From Microcystaceae cyanobacterium (GTDB lineage Bacteria; Cyanobacteriota; Cyanobacteriia; Cyanobacteriales; Microcystaceae), in assembly GCA_041746575.1 (NCBI GenBank), contig JBGTGT010000056.1, forward strand, positions 1 through 52,232: a stretch of DNA of 52,232 bases, written 5' to 3'. The translations under genes were made by a program, and so were the position numbers. Positions within the stretch are counted from its first letter, which is position 1, and each line of letters opens with the position of its first letter. The notes below the pieces were generated by a model. That model saw only the letters and a list, made by a program, of their open reading frames with translations. It was not told where the DNA came from and did not search any database. This document shows, piece after piece, positions 1 to 9,175 of this stretch.

Positions 1-180
1 TTTTTCGACTCATTGAAAGTTAATCATAGTTTATTCTGATTTATTTTAGGATAAAGCGAGTCCTTTCTTTCCCATCCGCCTCCAATCACTGGAAAACTGT
101 TCTTGACATCTACTTTATTCTCTTAAGTTGTCACGAATGACCCCCGACCGTTACAATCAGGGAATCAGAGGTTCAGAACT

Positions 181-1137
181 TTAACTCGCTAAATATTCTC
201 GGATATTGGCTTTTCGTTTGCGAAGCTTAGCGATCGCTTCTCGTTCAATTTGTCGAACTCGCTCACGGCTAATATTAAGATGAGTTCCAATTTTCGCCAA
301 GGTTAAGGGTTGTCCGTCATTCAAGCCAAAGCGTAAGACCAGAACTTGCTGTTGTTGAGGCGTTAAATCCGCCATTAGTTGCTCTAAATCCACTTGTAAT
401 GACGCATGAGCGGCAAATTCTTCGGGAGACGTGCCAGGATCTTCTAATAAATCTCCTAGCTCCGTATCTTGATTATCCCCCACTCTTAAATCTAAAGATA
501 GGGGTTGACGAGAACGTTCAAGATATTCTCTAACTTGTTTGGGGGTTAATTCCAGTTCTTCGGCCAATTCTGCCACCGTTGCGGCTCTTCCCTTTTCTTG
601 AGACAGTTTGCGTTGAACCTTTTTGATTTTGTTCAACTTTTCGGTAATGTGAATCGGTAAGCGGATGGTACGGCTTTTTTCGGCGATCGCGCGGGTAATC
701 GCCTGACGGATCCACCAGTAAGCATAAGTAGAGAAACGATATCCTTTGGTGGGATCAAATTTCTCAACTCCTCGTTGCATCCCGATCGTTCCTTCCTGAA
801 TCAAGTCCAGTAAGTCTAAATTGCGTTTGAGATACCGCTTGGCGACTGAAACCACGAGACGAAGATTGGCTTCTACCATTTTGCGTTTAGCCATTTCGCC
901 CGATTCAATGATCTGTTTTAGCTGTTTTTCAGCTAAATTCGCGGCCTTTGCCCACTGACTTAGGCTGGGTTCTTGCCCAGTTGTTTCTTTCAAGGATTCC
1001 CGCATTTCTTCGATGGTTACTAACCGTTGTACCCGTTTTGCCAAGAGAATCTCTTCTTCGTGAGTCAATAAGGGGACTCGGCCAATTTCGCGTAAATAGG
1101 CACGAACCGGATCTGGAGAGTAGTTTGATGTCTTCAT
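181..1137 (-). CDS. sigD: Group 2 sigma-70 factor, SigD-like
   Basis: [21 protein letters not shown] (region 1.2), [33 protein letters not shown] (region 2), C-terminal [12 protein letters not shown]. The short N-terminus and 318 aa fit cyanobacterial SigD. Confidence 0.9.
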   Translation of the reverse strand: MKTSNYSPDPVRAYLREIGRVPLLTHEEEILLAKRVQRLVTIEEMRESLKETTGQEPSLSQWAKAANLAEKQLKQIIESGEMAKRKMVEANLRLVVSVAKRYLKRNLDLLDLIQEGTIGMQRGVEKFDPTKGYRFSTYAYWWIRQAITRAIAEKSRTIRLPIHITEKLNKIKKVQRKLSQEKGRAATVAELAEELELTPKQVREYLERSRQPLSLDLRVGDNQDTELGDLLEDPGTSPEEFAAHASLQVDLEQLMADLTPQQQQVLVLRFGLNDGQPLTLAKIGTHLNISRERVRQIEREAIAKLRKRKANIREYLAS

Positions 1138-1263
1138 GACCTAAAAGTCGACTAGACGTTAAAAGAATGAGATAAAAAGGTGTATCGCTAAGGATAGAAG
1201 TCAGAACAGTACTACAGGGGTAATTCTGGGAAAATTGTAGGATTTAATAATTTCATTGGTCTA

Positions 1264-1292
1264 ATCTTAGCAAGTTTGTTAAGTTTTGTAAA
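1264..1292 (-). promoter_or_regulatory. HLR1 (RpaB-type) direct repeat next to an extended -10 of sigD
   Basis: Minus strand reads TTTACAAA-AC-TTAACAAA (1292-1275), then TGC-TAAGAT (-10 at 1269-1264). Matches the HLR1 consensus (G/T)TTACA(T/A)(T/A)-N2 repeat. Confidence 0.65.
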
Positions 1293-1678
1293 GAGTTTGA
1301 TAATAGATAATAAAGAATGATAACCTACGAAAATAATTAAGAACATATGCTTAGAGAAATAAGGTATCAGACAGAGAGAGGAGAAACAGCATCATCTATC
1401 ACAAAATTCTGAAAATTACCATACATTAGGATTCATAGCCTAGCATGAGACACTGAGGGCTGGCATACTCACTTTGGCAGAATCTTAATCAGACTTATGC
1501 ACGAAATTTGAAGACCAGAAGCAGTGGGGATAACCTTAGAATGATAAAGTCATGCCTCCAGATTCCGTTACAAAAATCAATAATGCAAAAGGTCTAATTA
1601 TCTTAAGATAAAATCCTGGCCTTAACTGTAGAGACAGCGAAAGCCAGAACAGCGTTCCAAGTTTCAAACCTTCAAAAA

Positions 1679-2209
1679 TTAAGGCATTAAATCATTAGGT
1701 TCGTCGGTAGAAGAATTAGGGGCATTATTCAGGCGACGACGGTGCGAATCTCGCCGTTTCTCCATTAATTGAGCAAATTCCCGTCTTTGGTCTAAGGTTA
1801 AGATGCCTCGAACTTCTAGCATGCTTTCTAGGCGAAGATTGCTAATTTCTTCGTGCAATTGCATAATTTCCTGATGTTTAGACCGAATAGAACGGTCAGA
1901 CGCATTACTTGCTAGCATTTGATTTAATTCTTGACGAGAGGTTTTGACTTGTTGCTGTTTGGGGTCAATTTTCTGTTGATATTTTTGCCGAATATCGGTT
2001 AATTGCTGTTTTTGTTGATCCGAGAGGTCAAGTTGCTCCATCATATCGGCACCTCTCTTTTTGTCGGGACGTTGAGCGTAATGACGGGGAGAGGCTTGTG
2101 CTAACGTTGATTTAGATGGCTCAACCTGCGGAGATTCAGCTAAAACGACAGGACTGCCGAACGATAAAGCGAAGACGCTGGTCACTAGAATAAAACGAGT
2201 TATGGTCAT
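1679..2209 (-). CDS. Spy/CpxP family periplasmic chaperone
   Basis: Signal peptide; LDLSDQQKQQL and ILTLDQR (LTxxQ) motifs; Q/M-rich helical body; AGGAGG RBS upstream. Confidence 0.88.
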   Translation of the reverse strand: MTITRFILVTSVFALSFGSPVVLAESPQVEPSKSTLAQASPRHYAQRPDKKRGADMMEQLDLSDQQKQQLTDIRQKYQQKIDPKQQQVKTSRQELNQMLASNASDRSIRSKHQEIMQLHEEISNLRLESMLEVRGILTLDQRREFAQLMEKRRDSHRRRLNNAPNSSTDEPNDLMP

Positions 2210-2289
2210 GGGAATACCCTCCTAAAAAAGGAATTAGGACATTAAGCAAAACGGGTTGTAAGCTTTAATCAAAAGAAATAAAGGGATTA

Positions 2290-2655
2290 TTAGTCAGAAT
2301 TTTCTAACAATAACCAATCAGCCGTAATAGGACGATAGGGATAGGAATCAGTATCCGTATCTCCCATACTGCCATACCAACTTTCCACCATAAAGGCTTC
2401 CAGTTCTTCGGGTGAGGCTGCTATTTTAGACAGGGGATGATGGATTCTCCCTAATCCCCAAACCACCGTCAAACTAGCCATAATTGCTGTGGCTACACCG
2501 ATGGACTTGAGATTAAAATTAAAAAGTTTTGAGGTTGATTGAAAGGAAATTTGCTCCATAATTTGGTTTTCAAGGGCATGATTTGCCGGAGGAGGAAAAG
2601 GACGATATTCCTTTAGAAAACCGACTAACACTTCATCATCAGACCATTGAGTCAT
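2290..2655 (-). CDS. Putative membrane anti-sigma factor
   Basis: 4-nt overlap (ATGA) with the ECF sigma stop; single TM helix (IGVATAIMASLTVVWGL); N-terminal LVGFLKEYRPFPPP..LENQIM; lies between the ECF sigma and spy genes. Confidence 0.65.
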   Translation of the reverse strand: MTQWSDDEVLVGFLKEYRPFPPPANHALENQIMEQISFQSTSKLFNFNLKSIGVATAIMASLTVVWGLGRIHHPLSKIAASPEELEAFMVESWYGSMGDTDTDSYPYRPITADWLLLENSD

Positions 2656-3230
2656 AGGAGAACTCCTTGAGATTGAAGATATTGTTTGATATGCTTGCGT
2701 GCATAAAATAAGCGAGATTTGACGGTTCCTAGCGGTAATTGTAGAATTTGCGCCACTTCTTTCTGAGGAATATCTTCTAAATCGTGAAGAACCATCACCA
2801 CTCGATGTTCGAGGTTGAGGGTTTGTAGTCCCCTCTGTACCAAATCTTGGTAGTGTAATTGCATGAGATCCGCCTCATCAGGACGGGAGGCAGGGGTATA
2901 CTTCAAAGTTGACTCATCTGAGTGAATAATCGGTTGTCTGGCGAATTTTCGTCGCTCATCGGTGGCCACATTCCAAGTAATACGATATAACCACGTTGAG
3001 AAATAGGCCGCTTCTCGCAGTTTAGGTAAGCTTTTCCAGACTCGCAAAAAGACTTCTTGAACGAGATCATCGAGGATATCCCCGCCACAGAGTTGATAAA
3101 GTGTCGAACGAACACGCTGTTGATATCGCTGATATAACTGGCGAAAAGACGAAGCATTACCCGTCTGACACCGTTTAACCAGTTCTGTATCACTGAGGTT
3201 CGCAGGATTGTCTATCAAAACGCTTGTCAT
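2652..3230 (-). CDS. sigH: ECF sigma-70 factor, SigH-like
   Basis: DDLVQEVFLRVWK, FSTWLYRI, LPLGTVKSRLFYAR. Start moved to the ATG at 3230, which has a GGTGAGG RBS (ORF track start 3251). The sigma/small membrane protein/Spy order matches the cyanobacterial sigH operon as I recall it. Confidence 0.85.
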   Translation of the reverse strand: MTSVLIDNPANLSDTELVKRCQTGNASSFRQLYQRYQQRVRSTLYQLCGGDILDDLVQEVFLRVWKSLPKLREAAYFSTWLYRITWNVATDERRKFARQPIIHSDESTLKYTPASRPDEADLMQLHYQDLVQRGLQTLNLEHRVVMVLHDLEDIPQKEVAQILQLPLGTVKSRLFYARKHIKQYLQSQGVLL

Positions 3231-3255
3231 TTGCCTCACCCGTGGAATCATTTTT

Positions 3256-3283
3256 TTAGACCTTGATGACCGCCTAGAGGTTC
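3256..3283 (-). promoter_or_regulatory. ECF-type promoter upstream of the ECF sigma gene (probable autoregulation)
   Basis: Minus strand GAACCT-N16-GTCTAA, a typical sigmaE-like -35/-10 pair, about 25 nt upstream of the ATG at 3230. Confidence 0.65.
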
Positions 3284-3430
3284 AACGTTTTCCACAAAAA
3301 GGTTGTTGTTGTTGAAGGGTGACTCAAATCACTGCCAACTCCCCCCAAAACAATAATGATCAAAAGAGGGAGAATCACTGATCTAAGAATACTCCTCAAT
3401 ATTCTCAACGATTAACTTAACCAAAAGCGA

Positions 3431-3820
3431 ATGAGTACCAGCTTTAGATACCGACCTACTAATTCCGGATTTAAGACTAAAACGGGATTAGATGTTGAAT
3501 ATATTAGAGGATTAACCGATGACGAGGTGATCCAACTCCTTAATTTTTTAACACAAACAACGGCTGGCCAAAAATTTGCTTTAAATGCTTCTCAAAAAAA
3601 TAAACGATTGCAAGTCAATAATAGACGCTTAGGCCAAGAAAAACAAGAAGTTGTTGACTATGCTGATCAAACAATCAATATTATCAAAAATGAGTCGGAT
3701 CAGAAATTAATTAATATTGCAGAAGCGGTCAAAGCTCTTTTAAACAAACCAATTAATCGAATCAAAAAACAGGACATTAAAGATATTCTTACTCTTATTC
3801 AACAAAGTTTGTGGTCTTAA
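3431..3820 (+). CDS. Hypothetical protein (129 aa, helical/coiled-coil), first gene of the HNH cassette
   Basis: Open 129-codon frame with ATG start; heptad-like central region (NKRLQVNNRRLGQEKQEVVDY); 2 nt from the next ATG. Confidence 0.75.
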   Translation: MSTSFRYRPTNSGFKTKTGLDVEYIRGLTDDEVIQLLNFLTQTTAGQKFALNASQKNKRLQVNNRRLGQEKQEVVDYADQTINIIKNESDQKLINIAEAVKALLNKPINRIKKQDIKDILTLIQQSLWS

Positions 3821-3822
3821 AG

Positions 3823-4203
3823 ATGAAAATTTTTGAACTCAAAAAAAGAATTTTTGAAGCCTTAGGGGTTACTAATACACAAGAGCTTAAAAAAGTTCAT
3901 CCTGATTTGGTCATAAGTTTAGACCTCCGGACTAAAAAAGCGTGGCAAAAAATTGAAAAAGCTATTTGTGTAGAAACTGAATTAGAATTCCAGAAAATGC
4001 TAGTAAAAGCAAAAAAAAATAATAGGCTTTCCAACCAAAACACAAATCAAGCATTAGAACAGTGGGATCGCTTTAAACAGAAAACAGAAGCAGAAATAGA
4101 TGGAAAATTAACTCATTTATCTGATTATAATGCGAGTCGCAGAAATAGACATCCTTGTCTAGAGAAGCAACCTCATGCCAAAGTTATAAAGTTAAAAAAA
4201 TAA
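3823..4203 (+). CDS. Hypothetical basic helical protein (126 aa), second gene of the HNH cassette
   Basis: ATG at 3823 directly after the upstream TAA (track start is GTG 3811). N-terminal MKIFELKKRIF..VTNTQELKK..LDLRTKKAWQKI module plus a helical C-terminal half. Confidence 0.75.
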   Translation: MKIFELKKRIFEALGVTNTQELKKVHPDLVISLDLRTKKAWQKIEKAICVETELEFQKMLVKAKKNNRLSNQNTNQALEQWDRFKQKTEAEIDGKLTHLSDYNASRRNRHPCLEKQPHAKVIKLKK

Positions 4204-4221
4204 AATTATACCCCTTTTACA

Positions 4222-4644
4222 ATGGACATTAAAAAATTAATTGAAGCCAATAAAAAGTCTAATTACAATGTTCGCCGAGCGATCATGAAATTTAATCACT
4301 ATCCTGAAACGCTAGAACAATGGAAAATTTTTACCTATGGAGATCAGGCTCGTTCATTACGTCGTTCTAAACACAATCAACCTTGTCCTGTTTGTCAAAT
4401 AATAATGAATTACAATACTGATCCTTTAGACCCAACACCCCCAACAATTGACCATAAACACCCAAAAAACCTAGCAAGACACTTAGCATTGGATAGTCAT
4501 AATTTCTGGATTATTTGTCAAGCGTGTAATCAAGAAAAAGGGGGTAAAACATGGAAAGCTTATGAATACTGGCTTGAAAATCACTATGGGAAAGATTCTC
4601 TTCAGCTTCAAGTGGCGATCGCTCATCGTCCTTCCCAATTTTGA
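4222..4644 (+). CDS. HNH endonuclease (Zn-finger, McrA-like core)
   Basis: CPVC...PTIDHKHPK....N(FWII)CQACNQEKG: two CxxC pairs with the DH, N and N active-site residues of the HNH fold. Confidence 0.88.
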   Translation: MDIKKLIEANKKSNYNVRRAIMKFNHYPETLEQWKIFTYGDQARSLRRSKHNQPCPVCQIIMNYNTDPLDPTPPTIDHKHPKNLARHLALDSHNFWIICQACNQEKGGKTWKAYEYWLENHYGKDSLQLQVAIAHRPSQF

Positions 4645-4717
4645 GTATTAAGTATAATCAGAAAAACGGGATTATATCTCTTTCGTTACGCCCAGCAAAT
4701 TAGTAACAGGTTACTGA

Positions 4718-7700
4718 CTATTGACAAAGATTTTTTAGCTCAATTTCGGCATTATAATTTAAAAAATTACCTAAATTGCGACAATGTAATTCCAAGAGTT
4801 GAGAAAAAGATTGAAGTTCCCATATTTTGACGAGTCTATTGTTATCTATTGTTACCAATAAACGACCATCATTGCTAATATCAAGGCTTTGAACCTTGTT
4901 AGGATAGGCTTTCCAAGTTAAAGCGATTTGACGTTGTTTTAAATCCCAAAACTGAATATTTCCTGCATCATCTGCACTAATTAAGTATTGTTGATTGGGA
5001 CTAAATTGAACAGCCGTAATCTCTCGATCATAAATTTGAAAAATTGTACCTGATGCTTTGCGCTTCTCTAAATCCCAAAGACGGAGGGTTTTATCTTGTC
5101 CTGCACTGACTAAGTATTGACTATCTGATCTGAAATTAATATGATAAACCTCGCCAATATGTTCATTAAACGTCACCCAGTTTTGTTGTGTTTTTGGGTC
5201 AATAATTTGAATTGACCCATCATTTTTGGCAATAGCAATCAAAGCTTTATTAGGACTTATTTTTATGTCATTTACGCCTTGTCGGTGTTTCTTGATTTGA
5301 GCAAATTCTGTATGTTGATCAAGAAAAAAACGATCTGAACTTTGTAAAAAGATTTCTCGACCTTGTAAATCGGTTGCCTTCATTTTTCCTAGCAAACCCG
5401 AAAGAATTAAACGTTGACCATCTGAGCTAAAATCAATTTGATTGACCTGAATATCCTTTACTACAAATTGTTTTAAAGATTGGTTTTGTAGTGACCAAAT
5501 TCGTGTCGTTCCATCATCCCCAGACGTAATTAATTGTTGACGATTTGTGGTAAAATTGACGGTACGAACCGGCCCTGTGTGACCGCGAAAGCGTTGTATT
5601 TCTTCTCCTTGTAAATTCCAAAGTCTAGCTGTGCCATCTTCCCCTGCACTAGCGATCAATTGACTATCTGGACTAAAAATGACGCTCCAGACTCGTTGTT
5701 GGTCGACTTGCCATCGTTTAATTAACTGATACTGATTATTCAAAAGTATCACTGTACCATCATCCCCTGAACTGGCGATATACTGTCCGTCTGGACTAAA
5801 GACAACATTCCAACCGTGAAATGCTAATTTTTTCTTTAAATTTCCTTGTAAATCCCAAATTTTAAGGGTTTGGTCTTTTCCGACTGTAGCAATCAAGGAA
5901 TTATTCGGCTTAAAATCAACCGACTTAGCGAAATAGACTGAATCTACCAACCATTGTCGAGATTTTCCGGTGGCAAGATCCCACAAGATCACGTTTCCGT
6001 CTTCTCCTCCCGTACTAGCGAGTATCTTTCCCTCATGATTAAAGCGAACAAAGCGCACTAATCCCCGATGTCCTTTCAATTCTCGCAATAATTGACCGTT
6101 TAAATCCCATAGACGCACGATGCCATCTTCCCCTGCACTCGCTATTGTTTGATTGTCAGGACTCACAGTTACATTCCAGACACGTTGTTTGTCGCCTTGC
6201 CATGCGTTTAAGGGTTTTCCTGCCTGACTCCAAAGATAAATTTTGCCGTTTTCTCCTGCACCTGCAATAATTTGATTATTTTCACTCAAAAAACTTCTAA
6301 TTATTCCCCCTTCTGTATGAATTCGGTTATTTTCTTTGACTTGGAATGCTGACCATTGTAGGATATTTTGAATTTGATCTTTTAAGGGTTGATTAACCGG
6401 AAAAAAACGCAATAAGGGATGATTTAGCAATTTTCCTGCTTGCAAACCATCTAATTTACCATCAAAAGATTGATTGATGCTTAAATTAATTTGGGCTGAC
6501 TTTAAGGAGGTTCTCATTTGACCCATCAGAGTATTACGCTGTTCTCTTAATGCCCAAAGCGTTAATCCACTTAAGCTAATCAAGGCAAAACTAAACAAAG
6601 TAAAACGAATACGACTAATTAGCTGTTTGTAATCAAAGCTACGCTGAATAAATTGATTTTCTAGGATATTTAACCAATTTTCTTTGGAGTGTTGAATTTC
6701 TCTTAATTGATCTAAACGGGAATTACTATGCCAAAGATCCCGATTGAGTTGATTTTTTTGCCACGCTTTGGCGGCAGATACCAACAGTCGCTGTAATACT
6801 AGATTTTCCTGCTCTTGTCTTATCCATTCTTGAAGTTTATCCCATCCCCTTCCTAAAAAATCATGAGCGGGTTCGTAATCGGTTTCACCCGTTTCCCTAT
6901 CTTGTCCAGTGATAATCAAACGGGCATCAATTAAACGGTTTAAAATCGTCTGAACACAGTCATTTTCTGACTGACTAGGATAGGTTAATTCAGATTGAAA
7001 GACTTTGCGTCGTACGACTTCTCCTCCTTCAAGCTCAATCATCCTCAAGAGGATGCGCCGTAAAAGCTGACGATGGCGATCATCGGGTAAATTTTCATAT
7101 TCTTCGTTCATCCGACGGGTTAAAAAGCCGCCTACTCCTCCTCGTTGGTCAAATTCTTCATCTACCTTTAAACAACGGCTGGTATTTTCGTCTTTCTGCC
7201 ACTGTTGATAAAGTTGAAAGTACAATTCACTGAGGGTAAAGGAGAGTAAGGGTAATGCGCCCGGTGTTTGATACACTTGTTCGACTAAGCGATCGCTTAA
7301 ATCAGTCGGTTCAAAAGATAAGGCCATTTCAATCGCTGGCCGTTCTACGGCTTGTTTTAATTCGTCTAGACCCATTGGAGGGATAATGAAACGACTATGT
7401 GCATCCCAATGGGTTTTAAGGGCAGATTTAGCAAATCTTGCTTCAAAATCAGAGCGTAAGGTTATAACGACTTTCAACTGAGGACATTCTTGGAGTAAAT
7501 CGCTTAGTAGCTCTAAAAAGTAATCGAATTCTGTTTTTTTAAGGGAATTTTGCGCTAAATCTTCCTCCAATTGAGCTTTCATATCACGAAAAAGCGAGAA
7601 TAATCTTCCTTTTGCCTCATTCACCTTTTTATCCTCTAATTTCTTAAACTGAGAAGAGGGTGAGGTTACCGTTAGGGTAAAGGTACTTAATTCCTCAAAT

Positions 7701-9046
7701 TGGTCAATAATTAAGAGTAAGTTTTGCTTAGGATTATTTTCACTCCATTTTTTAATAACATTTGCCAAATACCTTTTATTTTCTTTGATATTCTCTGCCG
7801 TAATTTGTGGGTCTAAAGTGGAAAAGGTTTGAGCGATCGCGGTTAAGGGATGTTCCCCCGGCCGCATGATATCTAAAATTTGCCACTGACAGGTAGAATA
7901 AAGGGGCAAATAAACGATGGGACAGTTAGGAATCGTTTTTAGAATAAAAAAACTGATATAAGCTAATTGAACCAGATTTAGCTCATAATTGCGCAAATAG
8001 GGCAATAAACCTGCTTTGACTAAGCTTGATTTTCCTGAACCTGAACTGCCTAATACGATGGTTAAGGGGTGTTGAGGACGGGAAACGACATAAAAAAGAC
8101 GTTGAATCAAGGCATCCCGACCAAAGAAAAAAGCAGAATGCTGTTCGTCAAAGGATGCTAACCCTCGATAGGGATTGTTTTCAGGATTTAAAGAGGGTGC
8201 AGGTTCTAATTTAGGTTCAGTATGAGGTAATTTGAAAATAAATTCGCCCCGATCCTGTTTTTTCAATGGCCATAGGCCGGGGGTTTGTAAGACACTGGAT
8301 TTTAATTCAACCGCATTGCGTAGATAAAGGTACAATTCGGGGGTAGTAATAATGCCATCTTGGGTTAAATCTGCTTTTTGTTGAAGTAATCCATCAAATA
8401 AGGCTTCTGCAAAGGGAGAGTGGTAACTTTTTTCACTGACACCTCGATTATCTTGGCTTAAAAAATCTATCGCTTCTTGATTGTGCGCCGATGAAGTGAT
8501 CACTTGCCATGAGGGAGATTGAATAAAGCGATAATAGTGTTCCCAGTGGATTTTTTGAGGTAAAGGGGTGAATTTTCGGGTACTTGCCCAACGAAACGAC
8601 CCTGCGAAGCAACAATCTAGAATGATCAAGACATGACGGCAATTTAACTTCAATAACGCATCATGAACGTCTCGCATCGATAATAACGATTGGGAATCAT
8701 GGACGTCTGCATCTTGGGGAACAAGATAGCCTTGGGGGCCGCCTTCACTATTACGAGCGATGCCATGACCGGCAAAATAGAAAATAAGGCGATCTTGGTC
8801 GGTGGGTTGAATTTGATGGGGTAAAATGTCGGTTAACAGCGATCGCAGGTGATGTAACGTTGCCCCTTGATCGAGGATCGGTCTTTGTTTTAAGGTGGGA
8901 TGAATTAAGGTATAACAGAAGGCTTTTTTGAGAATCTGAGCAAACTTTACCGCATCGGGTTTAGCCGTTTTCAGGGGGTGAATTCCCCTTTGATATTGAT
9001 TGATACCAATCACAACCGCTAGACTACGCTTAAATTCTGGATTCAT
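4718..9046 (-). CDS. Caspase-like peptidase C14 + STAND (nSTAND1-type) NTPase + TM + WD40 repeat protein
   Basis: SLAVVIGINQY, FYFAGHG (His) and ILDCCFAG (Cys); NPYRGLASF, Walker A GSSGSGKS, Walker B LLLIIDQFEE, PGALPLLSFTLSELY; TM helix FTLFSFALISLSGLTLWAL; more than 10 WD40 repeats. Start placed at the ATG at 9046 (track TTG 9106). Confidence 0.92.
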   Translation of the reverse strand: MNPEFKRSLAVVIGINQYQRGIHPLKTAKPDAVKFAQILKKAFCYTLIHPTLKQRPILDQGATLHHLRSLLTDILPHQIQPTDQDRLIFYFAGHGIARNSEGGPQGYLVPQDADVHDSQSLLSMRDVHDALLKLNCRHVLIILDCCFAGSFRWASTRKFTPLPQKIHWEHYYRFIQSPSWQVITSSAHNQEAIDFLSQDNRGVSEKSYHSPFAEALFDGLLQQKADLTQDGIITTPELYLYLRNAVELKSSVLQTPGLWPLKKQDRGEFIFKLPHTEPKLEPAPSLNPENNPYRGLASFDEQHSAFFFGRDALIQRLFYVVSRPQHPLTIVLGSSGSGKSSLVKAGLLPYLRNYELNLVQLAYISFFILKTIPNCPIVYLPLYSTCQWQILDIMRPGEHPLTAIAQTFSTLDPQITAENIKENKRYLANVIKKWSENNPKQNLLLIIDQFEELSTFTLTVTSPSSQFKKLEDKKVNEAKGRLFSLFRDMKAQLEEDLAQNSLKKTEFDYFLELLSDLLQECPQLKVVITLRSDFEARFAKSALKTHWDAHSRFIIPPMGLDELKQAVERPAIEMALSFEPTDLSDRLVEQVYQTPGALPLLSFTLSELYFQLYQQWQKDENTSRCLKVDEEFDQRGGVGGFLTRRMNEEYENLPDDRHRQLLRRILLRMIELEGGEVVRRKVFQSELTYPSQSENDCVQTILNRLIDARLIITGQDRETGETDYEPAHDFLGRGWDKLQEWIRQEQENLVLQRLLVSAAKAWQKNQLNRDLWHSNSRLDQLREIQHSKENWLNILENQFIQRSFDYKQLISRIRFTLFSFALISLSGLTLWALREQRNTLMGQMRTSLKSAQINLSINQSFDGKLDGLQAGKLLNHPLLRFFPVNQPLKDQIQNILQWSAFQVKENNRIHTEGGIIRSFLSENNQIIAGAGENGKIYLWSQAGKPLNAWQGDKQRVWNVTVSPDNQTIASAGEDGIVRLWDLNGQLLRELKGHRGLVRFVRFNHEGKILASTGGEDGNVILWDLATGKSRQWLVDSVYFAKSVDFKPNNSLIATVGKDQTLKIWDLQGNLKKKLAFHGWNVVFSPDGQYIASSGDDGTVILLNNQYQLIKRWQVDQQRVWSVIFSPDSQLIASAGEDGTARLWNLQGEEIQRFRGHTGPVRTVNFTTNRQQLITSGDDGTTRIWSLQNQSLKQFVVKDIQVNQIDFSSDGQRLILSGLLGKMKATDLQGREIFLQSSDRFFLDQHTEFAQIKKHRQGVNDIKISPNKALIAIAKNDGSIQIIDPKTQQNWVTFNEHIGEVYHINFRSDSQYLVSAGQDKTLRLWDLEKRKASGTIFQIYDREITAVQFSPNQQYLISADDAGNIQFWDLKQRQIALTWKAYPNKVQSLDISNDGRLLVTIDNNRLVKIWELQSFSQLLELHCRNLGNFLNYNAEIELKNLCQ

Positions 9047-9175
9047 GAAAAGTAAGATTTGAGGGTTTCTGATCTCTACACTATAAAATCTTGCATTTCC
9101 GCTCAAATGTGAGATGAATGGAATCTCATTCTAGGTTTTTAATCAAAAAAGCCAAAATCGAAAACTAAACGAATA

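Noticed and set aside
4011..4019. A9 run in cassette ORF2 as a phase-variation site
   Set aside because: The frame is intact and A runs are common in Lys-rich AT-rich genes; this cannot be supported without reads.
3479..4674. 12-mer AAAACGGGATTA at 3479 and 4663 as an insertion boundary repeat
   Set aside because: The first copy lies inside ORF1, so the pair does not flank the cassette; probably chance.
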